A stretch of DNA of 64,000 nucleotides from an uncultured Fibrobacteria bacterium (GCA_963716395.1 OY970309.1:3008001-3072000); one strand, 5' to 3'; shown: positions 54,045 through 63,857, numbered from the stretch's first letter. Numbers and translations: made by a program. The notes: a model not told the origin generated them from the letters alone.

Positions 54045-54073
54045 CCCGCGGACCCGAAAGTCCGCGGGTTTTT
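54045..54073 (+). terminator. Intrinsic terminator
   Basis: CCCGCGGAC-CCGAAA-GTCCGCGGG followed by TTTTT. Confidence 0.85.
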
Positions 54074-54148
54074 GCTTTTTGTCAGTTTGTGAAATTGGGA
54101 GCACTGCGCTTATCCTTGTTAGATTTTTCCGGTTCACAGGGGACGAAT

Positions 54149-55411
54149 ATGAAGAATTGGGCACTTTTGGCAATGCGAACTGCGGTGTTTTCGGGAGTCG
54201 CAGCTTCTGCGGCCTTTGCATCCTTTGCCCGGGTCGAATCCATGGGTAAAAGTGCCGACTTCTTCATGGACGATGTCAGCATTTTCGACAACCCCGCCAA
54301 TATGAATATTTTCCCCAACTTCCTGATCGGTGAATTGGGCACCTTTCCCGGTGTAACCGTCCCCGATACGGGAGCGAACCCGCCGTTGGGTGGAAATCGG
54401 GATCCGGATAATAGTTGGTTCGGCGGAATTTTCAGCTATTCGCTGGCCAAGAACAAGGAACGCAGCGCACCGTATCCGCAAATCTCCATTGGCGGTGCTT
54501 TTAACCGTATGGACGATGAGATTCTTCCCTATGTGCCGGATTCCATCGACGGCAAGGTTATTCCCAAACCAGCCACCAATTTCGATGGTTTTCTGGGCAT
54601 GGCCTTGGCCAACGGCGGCATGTTGGGAAGCCATATCTACGTGGCCATGCAAGACGGCGCGAATCTTGTGAACGGACGGATTGTCGGCACACCCAGTCAG
54701 GATATCCGTCTGTCTCTGTTGCGCGCCGATCTCGGCATGAATTGGCCGCTTGGGAAAAGCGTCGACGGGGAGCTTTCTTTGGGAACCGCTCTGACTTCTT
54801 ACGGGCCCGACAGCGTGGATGGCAAATGGTCATTCTTCGTCAAGGCGCGTTCATTTTCGACCGTGGAATTGATCAACGGTGAATTGGTTCCCATTTTCCG
54901 CTACAGCCGCATTGAAATGCCGGGCGAAGATCTGAATCTTCTCCACTTTGGGTTGGGAGCCAACGTCTCGCTCGATCGCGGATTTTTCTGGCTGGGAGTT
55001 GAAGGCCTGTTCGATACCTGGAATTTGAGCGGTATCGATTCGGTGAATGGTACCTCCTATTCCACCACCTCCACGGTGCATTCGCGTCGCTCGCAGCGGG
55101 GGGTCTCCGTAGGCTTCGGCATCGAACGCAACATCTGGTGGGATTGGTTGGTGTTGCGTGTGGGTGGGCGCAAGGTGATTGCCTATACCGAAGATTCGGG
55201 CCCATCGGGGAGCTATAACTACATCTACACCAATCCCACGGGCGACATGACGGTCGACGATGAAATCGGGTTCGGAATCGGCTTGAACGTGGAGGAAAAA
55301 TTGAAAGTCGATGCGACCTTGGCCGAAGACCTCCCTTACACGTTTGGGAACCTTCTCTCAGGCCCGCGCAGCAACATCATCTCGAGGATCTCGGCGACCT
55401 ATTCGTTTTAA
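54149..55411 (+). CDS. Outer-membrane beta-barrel protein
   Basis: Signal peptide; ARVESMG...DNPANM N-terminal plug-like motif; amphipathic strands; C-terminal ATYSF BAM signal. Confidence 0.8.
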   Translation: MKNWALLAMRTAVFSGVAASAAFASFARVESMGKSADFFMDDVSIFDNPANMNIFPNFLIGELGTFPGVTVPDTGANPPLGGNRDPDNSWFGGIFSYSLAKNKERSAPYPQISIGGAFNRMDDEILPYVPDSIDGKVIPKPATNFDGFLGMALANGGMLGSHIYVAMQDGANLVNGRIVGTPSQDIRLSLLRADLGMNWPLGKSVDGELSLGTALTSYGPDSVDGKWSFFVKARSFSTVELINGELVPIFRYSRIEMPGEDLNLLHFGLGANVSLDRGFFWLGVEGLFDTWNLSGIDSVNGTSYSTTSTVHSRRSQRGVSVGFGIERNIWWDWLVLRVGGRKVIAYTEDSGPSGSYNYIYTNPTGDMTVDDEIGFGIGLNVEEKLKVDATLAEDLPYTFGNLLSGPRSNIISRISATYSF

Positions 55412-55429
55412 CGGTGACGGCGGCGTACA

Positions 55430-55828
55430 ATGGGCAAATGGTTTTTTGCGGCCGGCGCCCTGGCGTGGTTTCTGTTGGCCTGCGGTGCGCCTTCCGACGT
55501 CATCCAAAAAGAACTGCAGGATATCGGGAAGGCCGATTTGGAAGTCATCGTCAAGAGTCTGCCGGAAATGGCGCAGCGCGAAGCCTTGCTCCCCAAACCC
55601 TATTTCGTTGTCGACACGCTCGCAATTTATCACGGCGACTCATCCTTGGTTTTTCAGGCATATGCCAAATTGGTTTTCTTCTATCTCGATCCTTCTCTCG
55701 ACTTGTGCCAGGTCCGGAAGTACCGCTATCGCCGTTCGGCGCGGGTGTGGGAACGCTTCGACGTGGTCTTGCGGCATATCCCGTCGAAGTACTCCCATTC
55801 TGGAATGAAGGCCGCGGCGACGGATTGA
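55430..55828 (+). CDS. Hypothetical lipoprotein
   Basis: Lipobox LLAC after a hydrophobic signal. Confidence 0.65.
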   Translation: MGKWFFAAGALAWFLLACGAPSDVIQKELQDIGKADLEVIVKSLPEMAQREALLPKPYFVVDTLAIYHGDSSLVFQAYAKLVFFYLDPSLDLCQVRKYRYRRSARVWERFDVVLRHIPSKYSHSGMKAAATD

Positions 55829-55985
55829 CGTTTCCGCGGTCCTGATCCCTTTTCAAATTCTCTCTACGTTCCGTCCTGGGTCCGCCCGGGGCGACGGGGA
55901 CTTTCCGCCGGGAAGAGAGCCCCAAAAATCCGCCTGATCTGGCTGATTTTCCTAACTTTTGCATTTTAGCCGAAAGAAGGTGGCC

Positions 55986-57008
55986 GTGTTCGGATTTCTC
56001 TCCAGCGATATCGGCATTGATCTCGGGACCGCAAACACGTTGGTGCATGTGGGCGGACGGGGTATTGTGATCAACGAACCGTCGGTGGTTGCGGTGGAGC
56101 GCCGCAGCAACCGGGTGCTGGCCATCGGCAGCGAAGCCAAGCGCATGCTGGGCCGCACACCCGGCGAGATTATGGCGGTGCGTCCCATGAAAGACGGCGT
56201 CATCGCCGACTTTCAATTGGTCGAAAGTCTGCTTACGCGCATGATCAAAATCGCCCAGAAATATCCGCTGTTTTTCCTGCGGCCGCGCATCGTCATCGGC
56301 GTGCCTTCGGGCATCACCGAAGTCGAGAAGCGCGCCGTGCTCGACGCGGCCCACAAGGCCGGCGCGCGCGAGGTGCATCTCGTGGCCGAGCCCATGGCCG
56401 CCGCCATCGGCATGGGCATTCCGGTGGAAGATCCCAGCGGCAACATGATCATCGATATCGGCGGCGGCACGTCCGAAATCGCGGTCATCGCCCTGTACGG
56501 TATCGTGTGCGATACCTCGGTGCGCGTGGGTGGGGATGAGATGGATGACGCCATCATCAGTTACCTGAAGAAGAATTACAACCTGCTGGTGGGCGAAAGC
56601 ATGGCCGAGAAAATCAAGATGCAAATCGGCTCGGCTTACCCGCTGGAAGTCGAGTTGGAGATGGAAGTCAAAGGGCGCGATCTGGTGGCGGGCGTGCCGC
56701 ATACGTTGAAGATCACCTCGGCCGAGTGCCGCGAGGCCCTCGCCGAACCCGTGAATTCCATCGTTGATGCCGTGAAACGGGCGCTGGAACAAACGCCTCC
56801 CGAACTCTCCGCCGATTTGATGGACAAGGGTATCGTCATGACCGGCGGCGGATCGCAGTTGCGGGGGCTTGACGAATTGCTGCGCCAGGAAACCAATCTT
56901 CCCGTGAACGTCATCGACGATCCCATGGTTTGCGTCTGCAAAGGCACGGCCCGCATTCTCGAAGACATGGACAAGTATTACAAGGTCTTGATGGATTCGC
57001 AGCGCTGA
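55986..57008 (+). CDS. mreB: Rod shape-determining protein MreB
   Basis: IDLGTANT, EPSVVA, PSGITEVEKRAV, DIGGGT, TGGG. Confidence 0.97.
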   Translation: MFGFLSSDIGIDLGTANTLVHVGGRGIVINEPSVVAVERRSNRVLAIGSEAKRMLGRTPGEIMAVRPMKDGVIADFQLVESLLTRMIKIAQKYPLFFLRPRIVIGVPSGITEVEKRAVLDAAHKAGAREVHLVAEPMAAAIGMGIPVEDPSGNMIIDIGGGTSEIAVIALYGIVCDTSVRVGGDEMDDAIISYLKKNYNLLVGESMAEKIKMQIGSAYPLEVELEMEVKGRDLVAGVPHTLKITSAECREALAEPVNSIVDAVKRALEQTPPELSADLMDKGIVMTGGGSQLRGLDELLRQETNLPVNVIDDPMVCVCKGTARILEDMDKYYKVLMDSQR

Positions 57009-57073
57009 TACCGACCGGGCGCGAGGCGCCCCACGGTCGGGGATCCACGCCGCCCGGGTGAAACGGAGCCCGG

Positions 57074-57907
57074 TTGAATTTCCTCGAATGGATTCGCAAA
57101 GCCCTGACGGTGGGGCATGGAATTGTTTCCCTCGTTTTATGTCTCATCTTCTCGGGAACCCTGGTTTCACTCGACCGCCCGAACCGCGCCATTTTCCACG
57201 AAGTCATGGTGGGCACCTTGTTGTACCCGGTGCAGGAACTTTTTTCGCATCTCGAAGGCACGCTGCACATCTATCGCGAGAACGACAGTCTGCTCCAGGA
57301 GAACGCCGCCCTGCGCGTCGAGAACGACCTCCTGCGGCAATCTACGCTCGCCGTGCCGCGGCTGGAAGAGATGGAGCGATTCCGCACCGCCACCGCGTTG
57401 CATCTCAAACCTGCGCAAGTCATTGCACAAGACGCCGGACGCCTGCAAATGACCTGGGTCATCGATCTCGGCCGTGCGGATTCGGTGGACGTGAACATGC
57501 CGGTGCTCACCTCCAAAGGCGTGGTGGGGAAGACCGCCCAATGCTTCCGCAACTACAGCGTGGTGCAATTAATCAGTGATCCCGCCTTTAAAGCCGCGGT
57601 GCAGGATGATCGCAGCCGGGTGCGCGGCATTCTCGAATCGTACCGGCTGTACCGGTTGGAAGCCCAGTTTCCCGCCGGGGCCGACGTGCATCCGGGAGAT
57701 ACCTTGGTCACCGCCGGGGTGGGCGGGGTTTTTCCCAAGGGGCTGCGCGTGGGGGTAACCGATCAGGAAATGCCGGGCGCGGAAACCCAGAACGGCGACG
57801 TACTGCAAACCGTGCTGGTGCACCCGTTCCAGGAGTTGTCCATGGTGGAAGAGGTTTTCGTCCTCATCAAAAAAGACAGTTGGCAATTGCAGGACTCACT
57901 GCCGTGA
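57074..57907 (+). CDS. mreC: Rod shape-determining protein MreC
   Basis: TM, coiled coil (RENDSLLQENAAL), GVVG, GDTLVTAGVGGVFPKGL. Confidence 0.9.
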   Translation: MNFLEWIRKALTVGHGIVSLVLCLIFSGTLVSLDRPNRAIFHEVMVGTLLYPVQELFSHLEGTLHIYRENDSLLQENAALRVENDLLRQSTLAVPRLEEMERFRTATALHLKPAQVIAQDAGRLQMTWVIDLGRADSVDVNMPVLTSKGVVGKTAQCFRNYSVVQLISDPAFKAAVQDDRSRVRGILESYRLYRLEAQFPAGADVHPGDTLVTAGVGGVFPKGLRVGVTDQEMPGAETQNGDVLQTVLVHPFQELSMVEEVFVLIKKDSWQLQDSLP

Positions 57908-58392
57908 CGGTCTGGAAGCGGATTCTCACCACGGCCGGCCTCTTGGTCGGAGCCCTGATCTTGCAGCAGACCTTGGTCCGCTGGATCGCGTTCGGACCCA
58001 TCCGTCCCGATTTACCCCTCATCGCTTTGGTATTGTTGGCGTTGCGCTACGGCTCGCTGCCCGGCTTGTTCGCAGGGATGGCCTTGGGGTTGGTGCAGGA
58101 TGTCTATGCCATCGATACGCTGGGAGCCAACGCCATGGCCAAATGCCTGGTGGGGTACTGCCTGGGCTTTTTCGAAGAGCGCGTGGTCAAGAGCATGCCG
58201 GCCACGCGCGTGCTGCTTTTGGGCGCGGCTTTCGTGCTGCATGACTTGGTATTTTATTGGGCCGCAGGATTGCGGGGCGGCACGTACGCGTCGGCCTTGT
58301 GGCGTCAGTCGTTGCCTTCGGGCGTCTACACCTTGCTGATCGGCGCCGTGGTATTCTATTCCTTCGGACGTTTGAAGCCCCGCGAAATGTGA
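57904..58392 (+). CDS. mreD: Rod shape-determining protein MreD
   Basis: Hydrophobic; PDL and GLVQD motifs; synteny. Confidence 0.88.
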   Translation: MTVWKRILTTAGLLVGALILQQTLVRWIAFGPIRPDLPLIALVLLALRYGSLPGLFAGMALGLVQDVYAIDTLGANAMAKCLVGYCLGFFEERVVKSMPATRVLLLGAAFVLHDLVFYWAAGLRGGTYASALWRQSLPSGVYTLLIGAVVFYSFGRLKPREM

Positions 58393-58402
58393 GGAAATTT
58401 CC

Positions 58403-60253
58403 GTGCCGCCACCCAATCGACTCGACGATTTGCATTACCGCGAGGCGGTGGTGCAATCGCTCAAACTTTTTCTTTGGGTGGCCGCGGCCCTGCTGACGGC
58501 ACGGCTGTTTTATCTGCAAATCATCAAGGGCAGCTACAACGCCATGCTTTCGGCGCAAAACAGCATGCGCTTGCAGGTCGTGAAAGCGCCGCGGGGACTG
58601 ATGCTTGATCGGAATGGCGTCGTGATCGCGCGCAACCGCCCCTCGTATCAAATCGCCATTCTACCCGAGCAATTACGCGATCCCGACAAAGTTCGCCGGA
58701 ACCTGATGCGGTTCCGCACCGCCCAGGGCCTACCGCTGTTCGATTCAAGCCTGGTAGCCTGGAGCCTGGAACGCGCGCGTTGGCGCAAGTTTCAACCGCT
58801 GGTGATTCTCGAAGACGCCCCCTTTGCGGCGGTGGCCATGGTCGACGAGCACCAATCGGATTTGCCCGGCGTGGTCACCGTGGTGGAGTCGCGGCGCTCC
58901 TATCCCTTCGGCGCGGCGGCCGGACATGTGCTGGGCTACATGGACGAAGTCAACGAAACCGAAATCGAAGCCTATAAAACCCAGGCCGGCAAGGGCGAAG
59001 AAGCTCCCTATGCGCGCGGCGACCGCATCGGGCGCAAGGGTTTGGAACACCGCTATGAAAAATATTTTCGGGGCCAAGACGGCATCCGCTATGTGAAGGT
59101 CAACGCCTTCGGCAAGGAAATCGAAGTGCTGCCCGGCATGCCCCAAATCGATCCCACTCCGGGCATGAACGTCGAAACCACCCTGGATATGAAACTGCAA
59201 TGTTACGCCGAATCGCTGATGGCCGATACCCTGCGGGGCGCCATTGTGGCGGTGGATCCCCGCAACGGCGAAGTGCTCGCCATGGTTTCTTCGCCACCCA
59301 TGAACGACAACATTTTTTCCTTGAGCCGCGACCAACGCGCGCACGCCTGGGCGCGCCTGGCGCTGGATTCATCCCGGCCCCTGAACAACCGCGCCATCGC
59401 CGGCGGCTATGAGCCCGGGTCGACGTTCAAGGGCATTGTATCCATCGCGGAACTGCAAGCGGGTATCAGTCCCCAAAGCCACATGCCGCGTCCCTGTACG
59501 GGAGGCTACCGTTTCGGCAACCGGGTGTGGAGATGCTGGGATGCGCACGGACACGGGTTCCTCAACCTCATCGACGCTTTCACCCAATCCTGCGATGTCT
59601 ATTACTACCAAGCCGGCCTGGCGGTGGGCTTGGATCGCATCAATGCCGTGGCGCGCGAATTCGGGTTGGGTCAAAAAACCGGAATCGATTTGGACGATGA
59701 GCGTGCCGGCCTGCTGATGGATTCGAGCGTTTACATGCGGCTCTACGGCGCGCGTGGTTGGCGCTGGTCGCGGGGCATGGTCCTCAACCTTTCCATCGGT
59801 CAGGGCCAGGTCGTGACCCCGCTGCAATTGGCCGATTATGTGGCGGGCATGGCCAACGGCCAGCGCCTCTACCGGCCACACCTGTTGCGGGCCCTGCTCG
59901 ACGCCGAAGGCACGGTGCGCATGCGCTATACTCCGCAAGTTTTGCACGAACTGAATTTGACGCCCGAGGAACATGCGGTCATCCTGCAAGCCATGGCCCA
60001 GGTCGTGAACTCGCCCCATGGAACGGCCGGCCGTGCCCGCGTCCCCGGCGTGCTGGTGGGGGGAAAAACCGGATCGGCCCAAACCCCGTTCGGCGACCGG
60101 ACCAACGCTCTATTCATCGGCGCCGCGCCCCTGGATGATCCCCGCATCGCCATCGCCGTGATCATTGAAAACGGTGGACATGGGGGCTCGGCGGCGGCCC
60201 CCATCGCCGGTGCGCTCTTCCGGCGTTTCTTCGGAGTGGGCCCCCATGGATAG
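58403..60253 (+). CDS. mrdA: Penicillin-binding protein 2
   Basis: APRGLMLDRNG; active-site PGSTFK, SCD and GKTGSAQ. Confidence 0.95.
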   Translation: MPPPNRLDDLHYREAVVQSLKLFLWVAAALLTARLFYLQIIKGSYNAMLSAQNSMRLQVVKAPRGLMLDRNGVVIARNRPSYQIAILPEQLRDPDKVRRNLMRFRTAQGLPLFDSSLVAWSLERARWRKFQPLVILEDAPFAAVAMVDEHQSDLPGVVTVVESRRSYPFGAAAGHVLGYMDEVNETEIEAYKTQAGKGEEAPYARGDRIGRKGLEHRYEKYFRGQDGIRYVKVNAFGKEIEVLPGMPQIDPTPGMNVETTLDMKLQCYAESLMADTLRGAIVAVDPRNGEVLAMVSSPPMNDNIFSLSRDQRAHAWARLALDSSRPLNNRAIAGGYEPGSTFKGIVSIAELQAGISPQSHMPRPCTGGYRFGNRVWRCWDAHGHGFLNLIDAFTQSCDVYYYQAGLAVGLDRINAVAREFGLGQKTGIDLDDERAGLLMDSSVYMRLYGARGWRWSRGMVLNLSIGQGQVVTPLQLADYVAGMANGQRLYRPHLLRALLDAEGTVRMRYTPQVLHELNLTPEEHAVILQAMAQVVNSPHGTAGRARVPGVLVGGKTGSAQTPFGDRTNALFIGAAPLDDPRIAIAVIIENGGHGGSAAAPIAGALFRRFFGVGPHG

Positions 60254-61457
60254 ATCGTCGCGAACCTCCTGGGATTGGCCGCTTACGGCCGCGCTGGCTC
60301 TGTTGCTCGTCCTGGGTATCGCCGTGGTGTACTCGGCCACGGTGGGTGACGCGGGTCATCATTGGCAGAAGCAAATTCTTTACGCCGGCATGGGCTTGGT
60401 GGCCATGTCGGTGTTGTATCTCACTCCACCCAAATTTTTTTACGCGGCCGCCTACCCGTTGTATCTGATATCTCTGGTCCCGCTGTTGTACATCATTCTG
60501 TTCAAGGCCAATTCGGTGGAACGTTGGATCGCCCTGCCCGGTGGCTTCAATCTGCAACCCAGCGAATTGACCAAGGTGGCCTTCCTCCTGGCCATGGCGC
60601 GGTTGCTTTCGTTTCAGCCTGTGTCCCTGTCGCGACCGCGTTCCTTGGTGGCTCCGGCTTTTCTCTTCCTGGTGCCCTTCGCTCTGGTGCTCAAAGAGCC
60701 GAACCTCAGTACGGCGCTGAGTTTTGTGGCCATGGCGGGCATGATGGTTTTCTTTGCCGGCCTGTCGGTGCGCGATCTCTTTTATCTGGTATCACCGGTG
60801 CTGTCGGTGGCCTTCACCTTCAATCATCTCGCCTGGTCGTTGATGTTCATCGCGCTCATCGCGGTGATGTGGTTGACGCGCACTCCCTTCAAGGCTTTGG
60901 TGTTTCTCATCCTCATCAATATCGCGGCGGGTTATGGCTCGATGTTCGTGTGGAACAAGGTACTGTACGCCCATCAACGCGATCGCATTCTCACCTTCAT
61001 GGATCCGCAACGCGATCCCCAGGGCGCGGGTTATCAGGTCTTGCAAAGCAAGGTGGCCATCGGGTCGGGGCACCTTTTGGGCAAGGGTTATTTGCATGGT
61101 ACGCAAACCAATCTCAGCTTTTTGCCCGAAGAGCATACCGATTTCATTTTTTCCGTACTGGGGGAGCAATTCGGATTCCTGGGATGCATGTCGGTGCTGG
61201 GGCTTTATTTGTTCCTGCTGCAGCGCATTCTGAAAATCGCGGTGGACAGCCGCAGTCGCTTCACGGCGTTGACCGCGGTGGGCCTGGTGGGCATCCTCAG
61301 TTTTCACGTCTTGGTGAACGTTTCCATGACCGTAGGCATGATGCCGGTCACAGGTTTGCCTCTGCCGTTTTTTTCTTACGGAGGATCCTTCTTAATTTCC
61401 TGCCTGATGATGATCGGCATCGTGCTGAATCTGCGGGCGCATGGTGAACATCTGTAA
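60246..61457 (+). CDS. rodA: Rod shape-determining protein RodA
   Basis: QPSE, GYQVLQSKVAIGSG, LPEEHTDFIF, PVTGLPLPFFSYGGS. Confidence 0.95.
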   Translation: MDRSSRTSWDWPLTAALALLLVLGIAVVYSATVGDAGHHWQKQILYAGMGLVAMSVLYLTPPKFFYAAAYPLYLISLVPLLYIILFKANSVERWIALPGGFNLQPSELTKVAFLLAMARLLSFQPVSLSRPRSLVAPAFLFLVPFALVLKEPNLSTALSFVAMAGMMVFFAGLSVRDLFYLVSPVLSVAFTFNHLAWSLMFIALIAVMWLTRTPFKALVFLILINIAAGYGSMFVWNKVLYAHQRDRILTFMDPQRDPQGAGYQVLQSKVAIGSGHLLGKGYLHGTQTNLSFLPEEHTDFIFSVLGEQFGFLGCMSVLGLYLFLLQRILKIAVDSRSRFTALTAVGLVGILSFHVLVNVSMTVGMMPVTGLPLPFFSYGGSFLISCLMMIGIVLNLRAHGEHL

Positions 61458-62199
61458 TAAAACCGCATCCCGGTTGCTTTTTGCCTGCGGACGAGGCTTG
61501 GAAAATATTCTCGTTCCGCCGCGTTGCGTATCGTGCGGTTCGCATCGCTACGGTCAATTGCCTGTGTGCCGGCGCTGTCTGCGAACCTTGCGCGCCAGCG
61601 CGTTGTGTGAACCCGTTCCGGCACCGGCCTGGAACGGCTCCGTGCATGCCCTGTTTCGGTTGACGCCGGTACTGCAGACGCTCGTTCACGACGGCAAATA
61701 TCGGCACCGAAGACGTCCGCTGCATTTCCTCACCGATTGCCTGCGTTGGTCGCGGGTTTTGTCCACCGGACTTTTGCGCCAAGCCCTAATCGTTCCCGTG
61801 CCTTTGCATGCCGCGCGCCTTCGCGAACGCGGTTATAATCAAAGCGCGCTTATCGCCCGGGCCTTGGGTCGGATGGGTCTTGATTGCGATATGGACGAGC
61901 GCGCCTTGATCCGAACCCGGCCTACGGTCTCGCAAACGCGTTGCGACGAATTCCTGCGCGCCCGCAATCTTGCCGGCGCCTTCCGCGCCGTGGCGCACCG
62001 GGTGGCGGGACGGAAAATCGTTCTGGTCGACGATGTCTGCACTACGGGCGGTACCCTACGGTTTTGCCGCGAGGCCCTGATGCAGGCCGGCGCCGGGCAG
62101 GTGGAGGCGTTTGCCCTGGCCTGGGTGGAAAGGCGATATCCGAATTCTCCGGCCGGGAATAAGGCCTTCGCAGCCTCGAAGCAGGCGGGCGGAGGGTGA
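61441..62199 (+). CDS. comF: ComF-family phosphoribosyltransferase-like protein
   Basis: CxxC...CxxC zinc finger, VPVPLH..R..ERGYNQ, LVDDVCTTGGT. Confidence 0.88.
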   Translation: MVNICNKTASRLLFACGRGLENILVPPRCVSCGSHRYGQLPVCRRCLRTLRASALCEPVPAPAWNGSVHALFRLTPVLQTLVHDGKYRHRRRPLHFLTDCLRWSRVLSTGLLRQALIVPVPLHAARLRERGYNQSALIARALGRMGLDCDMDERALIRTRPTVSQTRCDEFLRARNLAGAFRAVAHRVAGRKIVLVDDVCTTGGTLRFCREALMQAGAGQVEAFALAWVERRYPNSPAGNKAFAASKQAGGG

Positions 62200-62271
62200 G
62201 GGACTCGAACCCCCAAGCCCTTTCGGGCGGCGGTTTTCAAGACCGCTGACTTACCGTTAGCCTAACCCTCC
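62190..62271 (-). tRNA. tRNA-Ser(TGA)
   Basis: Reverse complement GGAGGGT...GCGGT CTTGAAA ACCGC, long variable arm, GTTCGAGTCC, ACCCTCCG; followed by CCC, not CCA. Confidence 0.92.
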
Positions 62272-62583
62272 GGGGGCAAAGCTAAATAGCCTTTATCGAT
62301 TCGGTAGGCAACGCCGAGCGGCCGGGGATTTTGAAATAGGCGAGAGTTTCCATGGCCGTAATCCGGTGTCGGCGCTTCGCAATCGGGGTGCTCGAAAACG
62401 GTGTGCCATTCTGACTTGGAGCGATTTTTTTCCAGCAGAATATCTTTCCATGAATTATCTTAGGGAACCAAACTTGAAGTGGAGATCGTCAAACTTTTTC
62501 CTCTTTCTAACCTTTTCCTATTTGTAAGTAGAGCACAATATTTTTCTTTGATTATCTACCCAGGAAAATTGGAATCGCAGCGA

Positions 62584-63105
62584 ATGAAAATATGCCGAAC
62601 CGTTGATTTGCTCCGAAACGAGTTTCGAGGGCATATTCCCTTGGCCGTTTTGTGTTTAACATGGGTGTTGCATGCCGGCAGCGAATCGCCACCGCCTTTG
62701 ATGCAGAAATACGATTGCCTTTCCTGCCATCGGGTGGACAGCAAATTGGTGGGGCCGGCATTTCAAGATGTGGCCAAGCGCTATACCATGGCCGATCTTT
62801 CCACTTTGGTGAAAAAGGTCAAGACGGGAGGATCGGGCAATTGGGGTGCCATTCCCATGATTCCGCATCCTTCGGTCCCCGACGCCGATATCCAAAAATT
62901 GGTGACCTGGATCTTGTCGCTGAACCCGCATTCCGTCGGAAGTGTGGCGCCGGCTCAGAGACCGAAACTCCAGCGCCGATGTCATTTAAAAAAGTCGAAG
63001 TCGATACCGGGGTGCTTAAAGTCGGCGAGGCCGTTTACCGGCGTGATTGCGCGGCTTGCCATGGAATTGCCGGAGACGGGCAAGGCCGGGCGGCCCAATA
63101 CCTGA
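62584..63105 (+). CDS. Cytochrome c551-like domain (N-terminal part of a probably frameshifted multiheme cytochrome)
   Basis: Hydrophobic leader; CLSCH, VGPAF, GSGNWGAIPMIPH; sequence looks non-homologous after about 62960. Confidence 0.75.
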   Translation: MKICRTVDLLRNEFRGHIPLAVLCLTWVLHAGSESPPPLMQKYDCLSCHRVDSKLVGPAFQDVAKRYTMADLSTLVKKVKTGGSGNWGAIPMIPHPSVPDADIQKLVTWILSLNPHSVGSVAPAQRPKLQRRCHLKKSKSIPGCLKSARPFTGVIARLAMELPETGKAGRPNT

Positions 63106-63857
63106 ATCCGCGCCCCCGTGACTTCACCATGGGTCAATTCAAGTTTCGCAGTACCCCGAGCGGGAGTTTGCCCACCGATGCGGATTTGTTGCGCACCATA
63201 AACCGGGGTATTCCGGGTACAGAAATGCCTTCGTTTAAGTCTATTCTGACGGATGATGAGAAGCAGGCGGTTATCGCCTACCTGAAAACTTTTTTCCCTC
63301 CCGGGGAGAATGCCGCTCCGCCGGCACCCATTTCCATTCCCGAAGTTCCGGCCAATTTGGAATCGCACGCACAAACGGGACGATACGTTTACATGTTGAT
63401 GGAATGCTGGAATTGTCACGGCACACAAGGCCGCGGCAACGGAATGTTGGCCGATTCGTTGAAAGATGCCTGGGGTAATGTCATCCACCCGCGTAACTTG
63501 ACCCGGTTGCCCTATAAGGCCGGCAGCGATCCGGAATCGATTTACCGCACGCTGGCGACCGGAATGAACGGCACCCCCATGCCGGTATTCGACGACATGC
63601 GCATGTTATTCGGCTCCAATTACCAAGTGGATGAAGCCCGCTTTCATCAACTCTATTCGCAACATGAAATCAATGGGTTGATCGCCTGGCTGCATTCGCA
63701 GCCCAATGACGGCGCCCTGCAAAACATGAGCGCGGATCAAAAAAGAGAACTGGCGCAGAAACGCCGTTGGGCCCTGGTCGGTTATGTCGAGTCGTTGATC
63801 AAGCCGACCAATTTTTTAGTCAAAATGTTTGGCGAGAATACCGAAACTACGCATTGA
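62979..63857 (+). CDS. Di-heme cytochrome c domain (C-terminal part; lacks its own signal peptide)
   Basis: CAACHG..GDGQG, PRPRDFT, GIPGTEMPSF, CWNCHG, GMNGTPMP. Confidence 0.8.
   Translation: MSFKKVEVDTGVLKVGEAVYRRDCAACHGIAGDGQGRAAQYLNPRPRDFTMGQFKFRSTPSGSLPTDADLLRTINRGIPGTEMPSFKSILTDDEKQAVIAYLKTFFPPGENAAPPAPISIPEVPANLESHAQTGRYVYMLMECWNCHGTQGRGNGMLADSLKDAWGNVIHPRNLTRLPYKAGSDPESIYRTLATGMNGTPMPVFDDMRMLFGSNYQVDEARFHQLYSQHEINGLIAWLHSQPNDGALQNMSADQKRELAQKRRWALVGYVESLIKPTNFLVKMFGENTETTH

Noticed and set aside
62190-62271. Possible selenocysteine or suppressor tRNA
   Set aside because: The anticodon is TGA (reads UCA, Ser), not TCA, and the acceptor stem is a normal 7 bp.
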